A DNA stretch of 47,909 bases, filler included, from Catajapyx aquilonaris (Eukaryota): assembly GCA_000934665.2 (NCBI GenBank). It is 2 parts of 2 records of this genome, joined end to end, with 100 filler letters (N's around TTAATTAATTAA, not from the genome) between each part and the next. Parts side by side here need not be neighbours in the genome. Positions count along the whole stretch, not along the records: positions 1 to 23,900 come from JYFJ02005605.1; 1 more part is not named here. One strand, 5' to 3'. Positions 1 through 13,399 of this stretch are shown here, piece by piece. The translations under genes and the position numbers were made by a program. The notes below the pieces were generated by a model. That model made no database searches, had not been told where the DNA came from, and saw only the letters and a program-made list of their open reading frames with translations. Every line of letters starts with the position of its first letter. The first letter of the stretch is position 1.

Positions 1-97
1 CAGGAGAACCGATGTAGTTATAAATACATCCCTAAATACCAAAAAGTATTTAAATACGTATTTAAATACATTTGTATTTAAATACTGCCCATCCCTG
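1..97. mobile_element. end of a TIR element with gtatttaaatac subterminal palindromes
   Basis: Three gtatttaaatac repeats ending ...tgcccatccctg. Confidence 0.55.
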
Positions 98-3000
98 AAT
101 ACAAGGTAGTATTGCATTAGAAAATATAAAAATTTAGCAATGTAACTGGATCCTTGTTATGATTTCTACTTTTGTTAGTAGCATGCTGCAATAAAAGGTC
201 AGTTCTTGAGGGTTCGATGTTTGAAAATAGATGTCCATTTCCTTTTAGCATTTCTATAGGGGACTGGAATTTCTCTATGAGACGACTGACTTGACCATCA
301 GAAAGTACTGTACGTGTGAAGGGCTACATTACACAATGCCTATAGAACTAAGTTTCGATCAAACCGCCACTCTCATCGTCCTGCATTTCAGGTCTTCAAA
401 TGATTGCTGTCCCGTACCTTTCTCATGCGTGTTATTTCACAGTTCAGATAAAACGTGCAGCTCCAAATTTAGACGCATCACAGCCACGGTTTCTCGGTCT
501 GTTAAGAAGATAATTAGGTTCAGATTGGAGGTACCACAATCCCCTCAAAATTGCCTTTGGTCAGGAGCCAGGCAGTCTGCTGACAATCGTCTCTGAGATG
601 TGAATATAGTATGTATTGTGAGCATAACCTAGGCGGGGAATGACTTTGTATGAAGAAACTTATCTACAGTTGGAGTGCCTGATACACGCGTACATGTGCC
701 GAAAAGGCCTGCCTATCTGTTCAATGACAACATGGAAATGATTACTGAATGAGACGCAGGGTGTGAATTGATGACCATTACACGAATTACAATGAATTTG
801 GTTCATATCAGTGTTAAATATTTATGATTATGAATAGTGAGTATCATTTACTAAGAAATTATTACTGATATGTTTTGTCTGTCCTCTCACTTCCGATAAT
901 ATTGGTGAGACTATTACTTACGTCACACTTTAAAATGCAAGATGCCATTATCAGACATGGAAGTCGTTTACTTGAACAATCACTCTAATGTCCCATACTG
1001 CATCATAAAATATCACTGAAATATTGCAATAATGTCATATCTGGAGAGAATTTAGATGGGTTCTCTCTGTGATCACGTGCGTTTTCCGCACTGTATATAG
1101 GCTGCAATATTGTACATAGTGGAATACAACATTGTGAACTCAATAGCACACGTTACAATGATACTGCAACTCCATTGTGTTCTTTATCGTGCAGAGCAAT
1201 GACAAAATGTAGACTATCGCATTTGCCATTGACCTATTTTGCAAAGTGTGTTGTTCGTCGTCTTGTGATACAGTGGATAGTATACATAGTGCAGGGAAAT
1301 AAAACATGGGCTGCGAATGGTTCCTTGATGCAGATAAAGGGCGATATGCGATTTTTGGTAAGAAGAAAGCAAGAAACGCTTTGATATAGAGATTTTTGGT
1401 CCATATAGACTAGAGCCGGAGTAAGTCACAAATGGTCAAAGAAACAGCTGGGGTGTTATCTAAAAGTCAGAGTCTTATGTCATATCAAGGTGGGCACGAG
1501 GTTCAGTTGGCTTTACGGATTGGCAATCAGGACTTGCACTGCTTTGCCTCCCTTTACACTGCATATTCATACAAAGTTATCTTGGGATAACAGGTCAGTG
1601 CACCAGTTTGTATCAAAATACAGCACCTTCTTGAAAATTAATATCTATGCAGAAACAGAAACTTCGTCAGGTAATTCCAATTAAAATGTAACACATTCCT
1701 GCCATACTCCCAGACTGAACAATATATTCCGCAGTGCATTTAAAATAAAATGAAGAATTTGACAATGTGGTTATCACACTATTAGACTTTTATTTTACTA
1801 CCGGTACCTGACTCTGGGACTTGTTATAATGTCGTCAGTCATCCCTGTATTGTGTTATGAAGGCTACGGTTAACATGCGGGCTCGAAACTAATTCAGTGA
1901 ATTAATTGTATTATGAAAATGTAATTTACAAAAGCACATTTCAAAATCTACCGCAAATTGAAGTCATAATCTATTCATACCGGCACGAACTTCCACCCAA
2001 GTACAGTATTCAGGCCACTTACACGTGGTATTAATTACAAATCCAGTACAGTACGTATCCTATTTGAAAGATGACGATATAGTTTAATATACAGTAATCT
2101 ACTGATATAATATAGGAAACACTGAAATTTGAATTTTGGACTGAGATTGGAAATGTACAGTACAAGAGCACAATTATGCCAAGTGTTTGTAAAATATTGC
2201 TGCTACTTCATCATATAATTAATTAATCATCAGGCACCTAGAAATTAAAGCTCTGTAACATGTACAGTACTGTACTATTGTGTTATTTATATCCAATTGA
2301 GCCAGGTGTGTTCATGCAGAATATTTCAAGTGTCGCGTATTAGTTTACAACCTCTTGTCCTCTGTAATGTGAGTTGCAGTTGGTAGGTTATACATACTGC
2401 ATATTGACATGTGGTGTCCGAGGAGATAATTACTCCATAACTGTTAGCAGCATTATTTCGTCTCATCATCACCAGGTTCCTCACTACTTGTTGCTGCTCC
2501 ATCAATTTACAAGCTAACGACTGTGTAAAGAGCTCTGTAGCATGTAAATATACCCTGTGTTTCATGATTACACTTACGTTACATTAGTGTAGGCAGCAAT
2601 GTCGCGTAAGCACACAAGTCCTGTTTGCCCCTTGAGAGGGGGTAATGGAGGATAGAGTCAAGGGTGTACTGTATGATGACAATAGTACAATAATATGATC
2701 AGTCTAGGAATTGCGCATAACAGTCTGTTGACAACAACACTACTATCATCATAATACGCTATGTGAAGCACCGTGATGTAGCTATTTTATGTCGATGCAT
2801 ATATTACTTTAAAGAATATGCCTACCAACTAGGCGATATAATGTTTAGAGTTGCACAAATTTAACACAAGGTGCAGAAGTATCCACAGAGTCCATGTATA
2901 TAGAGCCAATATACTGTAAGGAAGTGGCAATCATTAGCATATCTAGTTTACAGTTTCTTATCCCTGTTAGGCAAAATGCTTAATACACATTTGTTTGACT

Positions 3001-3316
3001 GATTATTATTTAAACTTTGAAAAAAGTGTCACTGATGGTATTGAACCCTTCATTATTAGTTAAACACTGTACTGAATCTACTGTATTCAAAGTATGATTA
3101 AAATTTAACTTCCTTCAGAAATTGACACATTTAATGAAGCAGAGGTTTCCAAAGTTTGCAGCAAGCCAACAAAAATCCATGAAGGTCGATAATTGCATTT
3201 TTACTAACACTGCAAACAATCACGAAGCTGTCAGTTTGCTAACCTATGCAACTTTTAATAACTTCCGAGTTTATTCTCTCATAATAGTGTGTTTTCTGGT
3301 ATTTCCTTGAGATGTA

Positions 3317-4104
3317 CTATGGGGCTCAAATTGTTTTGGCCACTTTATCCTGGTCTTGAAGCAACCCTTTGCACAGGTCCCACGGTGTTCTTTTCTTCAA
3401 TAAGCTGTGGGACCAGAATTATGTAACTGTGGGGAATGTCCCCACAATTTCTCTTGTGGGGACATTTTGGGTCCCCACATCTTCAAACACCAGAACGTTA
3501 CCGTTATAGTGGAGACATGTCCCCACAATTTCGATTTGCAGGGTTTCACAAAAAATCCATTTCTCTCAGCCTAGGTTAGTTAGGGTAGGGTATAGGGTAG
3601 GTTAGGTTAGTTTACACTAGCTTCGCAAAGGTGCGTTTTCAACGTCCCCATAGCTTATTGAGTGCAAGTCTGTGTGAGCAGGTGTTTATGTCTTCAATAA
3701 GGTGTGGGGACGTAGGTCTGGGTTTCTACTGAAGCTGTGGGGACTAGTCCGCATTGTGAGGACATTTCTCGGTCCCCACAGTGTTTCACACACACTGTGT
3801 ACTATTAGAGTGGGGACATGTGTAAATTAGTGGGGACATGTCCCCACTATTTTCAGTTGTAGGGTTTCACAAAAGTCAATTTTTCTCAGCCTAGGTTAGT
3901 TAGTTAGTGTAGTGTAGGGTAGGGTAGGTTAGGTTAGGTTAGGTTAGGTTAGGTTAGGTTAGGTTAGGTTAGTTTACACTCGCTTCGAAAAGTTGAATTT
4001 TCACGTCCCCACGCCTTAGTGAAGACAAGGCTGTGGGTGTGTGAGTGTGTGAAGGGTTGCTTCAAGACCAGGATAAAGTGGTCAAAACTTATTGAGACAG
4101 ATTG
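3317..4104. mobile_element. non-autonomous TIR element with internal about 300-nt duplication and (GGTTA)n tracts
   Basis: TIR core ccactttatcctggtcttgaagcaaccctt ... aagggttgcttcaagaccaggataaagtgg with TA flanks; many gtggggac/gtccccac motifs. Shorter relatives at 10128-10266 and 25790-25925. Confidence 0.85.
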
Positions 4105-5195
4105 TACATCCACGCTATACAATGCTAATGAATAGTGGTAATCAAGTTTATTACCGCTGTATGTTGGTAAAAGTGTCACATATTAAGATGGGTTGCTACA
4201 ATATATTCTGACTAACTCATATACATTAACTGGACAGCGTTAAATAACCAAACCACCATTATACTTTTGCAATTTTCACCCTAGGTAACAGAATACCTTT
4301 CAGAAATAAGGGAAGATAGTCCCTCGACAAACGGAAGACGACTCGGCAATAGGAATAGACATTCTTCTCAGGTATCAAAGAGTTCCTGTTCTTCCAGCTG
4401 TATGCAAAACCTGCTATGGCTTCTGCCGGTATATTTTCACATTGCAGCAGCACAGAACAGTCAGCCGCTGAGGAAGTAGTAAACACATTTCGCACAAGTT
4501 AATTTAATTGTTGTGAGAACACTGTGAACGGAGAGAAATAATGTCGAGTCCGCGCAGAGAGAAGTGTTTTCTGCCGGGTCCTTCAAGTGGATAGTAGAAC
4601 GAAATTGATAGATTAAGATAGCGCTGGGATTTAGAAAAGCGTCCCCTCCCCTCTTATTTGACCCCCTACCAGGAGATCGTTATTTCGTCCCTTTGGCGTA
4701 AAAAAGACACTAAAAGTGGTTAAGAGGGCGTTAGGAGGCCCTCAAATGGCGCCAGGGGAAGGTGCTAAGAATAATATTCATCTGCACATAGAAGGGCTTG
4801 GAAATACAACCTTTATATCTGTTCTTGATTTGGCAACGCCTTCGACCTGAGGTTGCTGACAGCACGACATAAGTGCATACTTTGCTGTAAATATGACCTG
4901 CCACTTCCTGACTTTATGTCTATTCTTATATGCAGAACTTGCTGAGGTATCAGGTGCTAGCAGAAATTGGCACAACAACAAGGATGGTCGCAAAAATTTC
5001 GACGTTTTCTGCATTTTTAAGAGAGAGAAATACAACCATAAACGTAAGACTGGTCACGGATTGTGGCACCAAAATGTCAGTTATTGACTAATTGTCAAAT
5101 TGGCATTTTGTGATAGTACCAAAGATAATTTGCTCCACATGTGATGTTTGCTGAACACTATGTTATGAGCCCTGATAAGATACCGTGATATTAAT

Positions 5196-5413
5196 TTTTT
5201 ATTTTTTATTTTTTTATTTTTTTATTTATTATACCCCGTGCTAGAGCCTTTGGCTCCCTTAGGGGGGGGGGTGGATTACCACCATTGGATGGGGCCAGGG
5301 ATAGGGAAGGAAGCGGCTGTGGCCTATTTTTACGGAAACGACCCCAGAATTGTCCTGGAGGGGACCATGGAAAACCCCAGAAAACCATGGTCATGGTCGC
5401 CGGCCTCGGGATT
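5196..5413 (-). mobile_element. 5'-truncated SINE-like retroposon with 17-nt TSD
   Basis: Direct repeat gataccgtgatattaat at 5179-5195 and 5414-5430; A-rich tail on the minus strand. Body (...ggccacagccgcttccttccc) resembles common arthropod tRNA-SINE bodies. Confidence 0.85.
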
Positions 5414-6134
5414 GATACCGTGATATTAATAATTGGGTTACTTGAGAAACTGAATAGCCTACTAGTAAAGACCAGTCGTTTTGCTATACAATGTTTTTTT
5501 TGTGTTTTATACAAAAGGAGGATCATATTATTGGCATATGAGATATACCAATAATATCACGAAAGTGGAAAGTTATTCGAGCTATGAAAATACAGCCAAA
5601 ATCCTTTGTGATTTACCTGTCATTACTTAGAAATTAGAAATAATCATCTGCAATGGCTTCTTAAGACGCTTCACTTCTTGCGTTCATTCTTCCACGTGAC
5701 TGTTCCAAAAGGTTCAGAGAAGCATCTGTATATGTTCAAGCTCGACAGAACGAAAATGAAGTTGCCATAGGAACTCACGCGGAAATCGAAAAAAAAAAAG
5801 ATTTGTCAATTCCAGTCCTTTTCCACCACTTCCCAGGATGCCTCAACTTACTTTCTCTACCTGAATAATTTGTCACTCGACAAAAATACTTTTTTTTTGT
5901 GCAGAATTGATAATTTGTTGACTACATGTTTCGGAAAGTTATTTTTATATGCCTATGCACATCCATCCATGGATGTTTACTATTACACAAGGCATTTATT
6001 CATTAGCACTTGTTCAATAAGTCATTACTAATTAAAAGTGTGTGTGATTGTTTGGACCTGTTAGGGAACGTTCCTGGTTGGTAGAGGACTTCAGGGTCAA
6101 GTCAGCTGGTATATCCACGTAGGTATGCAACCAA

Positions 6135-6194
6135 ACTTCCCCCAAAAAGGGCTCTGCCCTCGCAAGGGGTAACATAAATAAATAAATAAAAATA
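6135..6194 (+). mobile_element. 60-nt retroposon 3' stub with (TAAA)n tail and 14-nt TSD
   Basis: aggtatgcaaccaa repeated at 6121-6134 and 6195-6208. The 3' end ggctct...ggggta..ataaataa resembles the tail of the 5196-5413 element. Confidence 0.8.
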
Positions 6195-8222
6195 AGGTAT
6201 GCAACCAACTGTGCAGCTTAAAACATTTAAGCAGAACCAGATGCAATGACTATTTTCTACCGGAATCGAAATATTTTGTGTGTTAACGACATAGATGAAT
6301 GCATTTTACAGCGAATTTTGCATATTTGTGGCTGCTATGCGTTGTCATTTCAAGGTGTCAGTGGGGTGGGGGAATGAGTATGCTATAAAATTTTTACAAC
6401 CATACGTTATCAAGACCGAAAAAATGCCCTTGCCCTCCTCCCCTGGCCTGGTTCTCTTCTTCAAAATCCGACAATGTGCAATGGGACGATGTCAGTATGG
6501 TACGGATAGCAGGAAACACCAAGAACTATTCGCTGCAATCGGGTTTTGCTCGTTTCATTAATTTTTGTCCTTGATACTAACTTGAACTCGTTGACCCTTT
6601 GGATACGGAAATCTAGGCATAACAATTAAGCTTGCCAATATCAAGGCGCAAAAAATTTTGATTATAGAATGAGTGCTGACATTTAGCCTAATCTTACGAA
6701 GAGGTTTCAATAGACTGAATTTCTTGATTGTAAATACTTGTACTATATATACTTTATGTTATTACTTGAAAAGTTTTTCAGCGTTCTTGTCGACTTATAG
6801 ATACGCATTTACGGATTTAGTGATAGTCAAAAGCATATGAAAGTTTCACTGTAATATACTGAACATTTTCCTGATGGGGTCACTGAATTGGGGTAATCAA
6901 TATAGGTCACTGCTATTAATTAAATGCTATGAATGCAGGACGTCAAAGTATGCGACAATGACCATTTCCATCCCTTTACCCATTCAGCTGTGTCCGTACC
7001 AATTCTACTCCTCATTCGCACTCAGATTTCATTATGGAAGGTGCGAGATTAGCCATTCACACCTCACTTTCCACCTCCTTTAAATGATACCTGTCATTTC
7101 CCTTAGAAATATTTAGAGTTAACAGTAATTTCTATAAAAATATTTAAGATTCACTTACAGGAAAAAAACATGACCTCGGAAGGCCTATACATTACTACTG
7201 TACGAAGTAAAATTCAACGACGCCATACGTCTTGCTACACACTGGATGGTTTAATTGCATTTTAATTGTGGTGTTATTCGCGTCTTCCTTGCCCTTCAAT
7301 CTTCACACATGTATAATTTCACAACAATTGCAAACATTGCAAGCATCATTGCTCAGGCCCCGGATCTTTGTACTGACAATACAAAACATATTCTCCTAAT
7401 TTCCAGTCCCTTCCTTTGGTCCTAGTAGTTGAACATGTGAGTCAGCCTAGCGGTGCACATACAGATATAGGGTATGACTCTTTTGCAGCATGAGTAGGAA
7501 TGAGACAGTACTCGAAATAAGACGGAAAGGCAGGGCGAGTGCAGTTAGGGCGGTCATAATTCCGTCTAGAGCTATAGTGGTATGGGCCACAGAAGCTTTG
7601 GGTTCCGGAATTCCATTAAAGAGGGTGGGAAGTGGCAGTAGCTGGAGGCCCCCTTTTGTCCGGCAGAGGCGGCGTTTTGCAGTCTGGAGCCAGTGGGAGC
7701 CCATAAACCCGCATTTTCCGGCGATTACTACCTTGTAAAACGCCCTCCTCTTTTCCGGGATTTTAGGATCGGGTTTTATGGACGAGCAGCAGGAAAGTGA
7801 TGGAGGAAGAAGACGTTTTAGGTAGCCGGATTGGTCACCAGGTGTGGGCGTCCGATTTTTCCCTTCCTGTCCCTTCCTCATTCCCGCCTGTTAGTTCGCC
7901 AGGAAACTGTCAGCATAAGGCTCACATGGTGTAAAAGAGTACTTCCAAGCCGTTTGGTGCCCAGGAACCTTCTACAAACTGGTTCTAAAATACTCGTAAA
8001 GCGATCAAGTTCTTGATGCTCTCCATGCTACTGTTTTTAAAATTGTAATGAAGTAATCGTGGCCTTCTTTGGCGAAAACAAGTCTAGGGATTATTTATTT
8101 CGCTCACAGACCGCTCTCTAATACCTCCATTACAGCTCACAATTTTTTAGCGTCAAAAGCGACGCCATTTTTCATTTAGTAACGAATCGGGCGAACGTAG
8201 CGCATATTGGTTTTATACAGTA

Positions 8223-8505
8223 CAGTGATGCACATTAATTCCGTCATAATGCTAGCGACATTTTTCGATGCGGTGGACGTGCAAATCGAAGTGATAGAGT
8301 GCGAGCCTTGCGAGTAAGAAATGATAGCCCTTCGGTGATGTCACCGGCTGGGGACAAGCCTTTTCTCCATTGCTCCCCAGCCGGTGACGTCACTCAAGGC
8401 CTACCTCTTCTTACTCGCACGGCTCACACTCTATCACTTCAATTTGCACTTCTGCCGCATCAGAAAATGTCGCAAGCAATATGACGCGATTAATGTGCAA
8501 CACTG
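8223..8505. mobile_element. palindromic Tc1/mariner-type MITE
   Basis: ta|cagtgatgcacattaat ... attaatgtgcaacactg|ta; complementary over almost its whole length. Confidence 0.85.
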
Positions 8506-8523
8506 TACCACTGTGTAGGTTAA

Positions 8524-8685
8524 GGTGCGTTTACATGTGAGCAATTTGACGAGCGAAATCTTCGCCGATGCTGCTGAGTAACCCAAGTAACCAATATTGT
8601 TTGAGGCGAAAATCGATTGTTAATTTCAGCCTCGGCGAAGATTTCGCTCGTCAAATCACTCACATGTAAACGTACGTACTGTACC
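8524..8685. mobile_element. PIF/Harbinger-like MITE
   Basis: taa|ggtgcgtttacatgtgag...tttgacgagcgaaatcttcgccga and its reverse complement at about 8632-8675. Confidence 0.7.
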
Positions 8686-10127
8686 TTTAGGTTAGGTAGT
8701 AATCAAAATTTCTTTTCGAGTGATTCATTTGCAGATTCTCGCCTCTCATAGTCAACACTAGGCACGCCAAGATTTCTTAGGATAATGCCAAAGTACGGTA
8801 ATGATTTCATGATACGACATGCGAGGCAAAATGTCAAGCTTGGAGAAGAAACCTGTTGGAGTGACCGGTTTTGTAATGGTCGGTTTTTTGGAGATCGCAA
8901 ACGCCGGGTTTAAACTTTAATGCAACAGCACTGTGACGGCTACTGACAGGGACCTCTGATATGAACATTTTATTAGGTACTAGGAAGCTGACAACATTTC
9001 TCTTGACAGTCGGTCAGGTCACGGTTCCTTGTACAACTGGATGTACACGACATCACCGAGTGTTCTTCACGGACTGCCTTAGGGCGTCAGTCTGAATATA
9101 TTCTAAAACCAACACTGGAATTCACGTTCCGACTTGGAGACGGAATATTCCAGGCTCGATGCATTTCTATTCACATAATGTCCCGTCTCCCTAATCGGAA
9201 CGGTTTTCATCAATGTTCAATTTCCATACTATTTGGGTTAGCTTTTTTTCCTACACCACAGGATGATGGTCCACACCATACAACCCTAGTATGGTAGCAC
9301 TTGAGGTGTCACACAAAAATGGTGGGACAGTGAATTAGTTTTACAGCTCACAAATGTCACCAGAACTGTTTACTCCAGTCCGCAACGAGCCCTGATCTCT
9401 ACCGCAGAGTTTCCTCTTTCTGAAATGCCACAATTTGGCAATGTAGGTTTGGACAAATTCGACGAATCTTAACCTTAGGACATAAAACGGCCTGAGGTGT
9501 GGAATGTCCTTGATGCAAGCGGATCAGTGACCCGCCATGGAAAGCCGCTAGACATGTGCAACAAGTGCCATAAATGGGAGGTGCATCCAGAGAATCCAGT
9601 TTGAAAAACCAACATATCAGGTTTTAAGCAACACTAAGAAGGGCTTATGTAACCATTTATATTATAATGGTAGAAAATGCACTTTGTTTCTGACACTGCA
9701 CAATGCATGGAGATTGTGTTTGACTGGTTGGTGTGGCAAGTTCCTGTACATTGCACCGTAGGAATATTGTACAGATATTGTTACTTTAAATAAAACTTTA
9801 CGATTTGGGTGGTTACTAGAAGGCGTCATGCTTGTTAAAGAGTGTATACAGAAAGCGTCGCACAAGCTTCCGTCTTAGGTGGAAAATGAGTTTTTAATGT
9901 GGAAATCCAACAATGCCCGGTGCATTGGCCACAGGGTTTTTTTTGCCATCATTTGAGTTTAGTAGCCTCGAAATACTGCAGTCAAGCAAAACAACATTGA
10001 ACTTATCTGAAAAAGATGTTATGCAGGTCCGAATGCACCAGCATGTCGTGCAGACGATAGCCGCTATTTAAAAAAAAATCTCATAGAATATTTTAAGGCA
10101 GTAATACGTTGGTCTCTGTTCCACGCC

Positions 10128-10266
10128 TCGGGTTCAAATTCTTTTGGCCACTTTATCCTGTTCTTGAAGCAACCCTTCGCACAGACCCCAAATTAAGGAG
10201 GTGTGTGTTTGTGAAGGGATGTTTCAAGACCAGGATAAAGTGGCCAAAAGTATTTGAACCCGATAG
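10128..10266. mobile_element. short MITE of the 3317-4104 family
   Basis: Same TIR core at both ends. Confidence 0.8.
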
Positions 10267-10997
10267 TACTTTCATTCCACAACACAAAACTATTTCTGGT
10301 ATTTTGCCGGGGAATTTTATTACTGATTTGGCCTTTACTAGTACAGGGCCTCACTGCAACACTATGTTGCACAGATATTAGATTGATGAAAGAGCATGAA
10401 CCTACTTATTTTTGCGGTCTTTCATACAGTTTCTCAATTTTGTCTTGAGCAACACTATGTAGAAGGGAGGATCGACAGAGTATAAGTGGAACACGGATTG
10501 TTGTAATTAAATAAAGTGGACAAAAATCTTACAAAAATATCAATCTATAATCAATTCTTAGTTTGAAGTTACGTGCATGTTCATATTAAATTCATATATG
10601 ATTTTTTTCATAAAAAGCTTGCTTGTAGAGCAAGGTCATTTACATAGCTACAAAAACAAGTAAGCTGGATCCGGTCCTGATCGGCCCCACATTGCTAATA
10701 TTCTCCTACCAAGAAATGGGGGTGGATGCTTTTTAAAAGATTTGATAGAGTTGTTAAAATGGTTGTAATGTATTGAAAAAATTAATCTGCATGTTTGTCT
10801 TCTTGAAAGAATGGCTTAAAAACACTGAAAATATCACTGATGTATTGAAGAGCTACATTTGAGACAGCCAACAATTTATTTTCTAATCATGGCGAGATCT
10901 TATCTTTGGAGAACTTCAGCTAAGATAACTTGGGGATCTTCAATTACAAGGTAATACAATATTTTTGCACGAAAGCGTAGACTATATTATTTTTCTC

Positions 10998-11629
10998 GCC
11001 AAATTGCGAAATGCCGTGGGGAGGGAAAAAATCGCGAAATTTTGAAAATGGGGCCTTTTTTGGATGATTTTTTTCGGTTATTGGGAGTGGTCAAAACCCA
11101 ATCGACATATGCATCAAATGAAAGTGAAACGCGAGTGGAATACGCCTATGAAATTTGATTTTCTCGAAAATGCACTCAGAAAAACATGCATGGCATTCCA
11201 TCGGTCACATATGCTCAGGTAACATGTCCAAGTGTTTAGACCCCAACAATTAGTGATGTATTTGCGTAAGAGCAGCCATATTTGGTGACAGGAGTTTAGA
11301 CCCACACAAGATTCAATATGTTCAGTTTCAATCCTGGGTCATGCATGGCTCGCAAGAAAACAATAGCTATGTGTGCCGAATTACCATTAATTTTAATGGA
11401 GCCAAATTCTTGGACATGTGACTGATGAAATGCCACATAGGTTTTTCTTAGCGCATTTTTCAGGAAAACAAATTCCATAGGCGCATTCTCCTCGCGTTTC
11501 TCTTTCATTTGATGTATATGTTGATTGGATTTTGACCACCTCCAATAACCCCAAAAAATTATCCCAAAAAAGCCCCATTTTCAAAATTGCGCGATTTTTT
11601 TCCCTCCCCACGGTACTTCGCAATTTGGC
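10998..11629. repeat. about 230-nt imperfect inverted repeat (TIR element remnant)
   Basis: 10998-11234 is the reverse complement of 11408-11629 (gtggggagggaaaaaatcgcg / cgcgattttttccctccccac). Confidence 0.8.
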
Positions 11630-12829
11630 TGAAACTTGATGTGCAGTGTTACGGCATAGGTGTGTACAGCTGTCATTATTTTCAGAAAAATCCGCGATGG
11701 TCTAGCAACATTTCGGCCCACTTGACTGGGGGGGGGGGGGGGNCTATATATATATATGAGCACTTTGGTTTTTTTTTTTGACTGCCCCGAGGTCAAAAAC
11801 AAATCAAAGACAAAATGAATGTCCATTATGAGCTAACGAATGACTTGAACATGGAAATAGCAATAAATATCCATGGACAAATATCGTGTTGCATAGTGTT
11901 ATGTATAATGTACGATTTTAAACAGATTATACGCATTCCAAACACAACAATAACATAGAATAGTTATAACAATGCAGTATTGAACTGCATTAAATATAGC
12001 CTAGTGTGGGGTTTTTAATATTTTTCAATTTTTATTAACATTAATTTTCTCTAATATTTTAAAACTTCGGATAACTGAAATGTGGACAACAAATTCGCGT
12101 ATAACGGGTGCCCACAGTATAATCAAAACTACTGGTCACGTTCTTTTTCCATATGCGTTTCAATGTCGATTACGCACTTTGTACTCCTCGTCACATACCG
12201 GTACAACGACCACAACAATATTAGCACTGGGTTCACTGTCTGTCAGCAAAAACTGGAACTAGTTACATGTTCCTATACACGCATTCAAAATCTCATCCCT
12301 TTCTATTTGCAATTCATAACCTGTTGAATCTGTTTGATTACGTTTGGGACACCTTGAATAACATGTGAATATCGGTTTTACAATACTTCCGGGAGATTGT
12401 CAAACCACTTTCGAGGTGGTGATGAACTAAAGCGACCGAATTGACGTCGCGTCGGTGATTCATGTTGTAGGGCTACAAATGAGTACAAACTGCAACATCC
12501 GTGGGTCGTCCAATGGTACACAGGGTGTACCTGAAGGTGCGCACTTCCTCATAGATTTTTAGGTTCTTTGGTATATTACAAGACGAAAATTGGTCTAGAC
12601 GATTTTGGCTCTGTCGGCTTTATTACGGGGATAATCGCATATCAATGTATTTTAGTTATGTGTCGACAAATAATACATCATGTGCGTCAGGCGACCATTG
12701 CAACAAGGGTGGATGATCGCGGATGATCGATTAAAGAACCCGTGGGTTGACCCTTATTATTCACGTAGATGACAAAATCAAAACTTTTTATTTGGAATGA
12801 TACCGAAAGCACTAAAATAACTCTAACTT

Positions 12830-13399
12830 ACAAGGGAAGGTCACGGGGTGATAATGACCGATCTTGATGAAATTTAACATGCTAATACAGGACAATATAT
12901 GATACCCAAAAATGAAGTATTTCGTGCGGAGGCCCATATTTGCAAAAGTTATGACGTCTTAAAGTTCCAAAAAAATACATTTTCATTCATAATGGGATTA
13001 CATTAGCGACCACATATAATGACATTGAAGTGTGTAATCAGTTTCTACACTTTTTCTCATCGGAAAAAAGTCCTACAGAACGGCTCTGTCCGTCCGTCCG
13101 TCTGTGGACATGTATCAAGGCCTAAACCGTAAGAGATACAGAGCCGTTATGTAGGACTTTTTTCCGATGAGACAAAGTGTAGAAACTGATTACACACTTC
13201 AATGTGGTCTTATAGGTGGTCGCTAATGTAATCCCATTATGAACTCAATGAATGTTTTTTTAAACTTTAAGACGTCATAACTTTTGCAAATATGGGCCTC
13301 CGCATGAAATATTTCATTTTTGGGTATCATATATTGTCCTGTATTAGCATGTTAAATTTCATCAAGATCCGTCATTATCACCCTGTGACCTTCCCTTGT
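12830..13399. mobile_element. foldback element with about 260-nt inverted arms and about 47-nt spacer
   Basis: acaagggaaggtcac ... gtgaccttcccttgt; arms 12830-13090 and 13138-13399 are near-complementary. Spacer has (gtcc)n, reminiscent of Helentron/DINE-type elements. Confidence 0.85.

Noticed and set aside
392..451. ...VISQFR* resembling a GR last exon
   Set aside because: In-frame stop right after the acceptor, no TY motif and no upstream GR exons.
3900..3975. (TTAGG)n as a true telomere
   Set aside because: Short, internal, and enclosed by the TIRs of a MITE.
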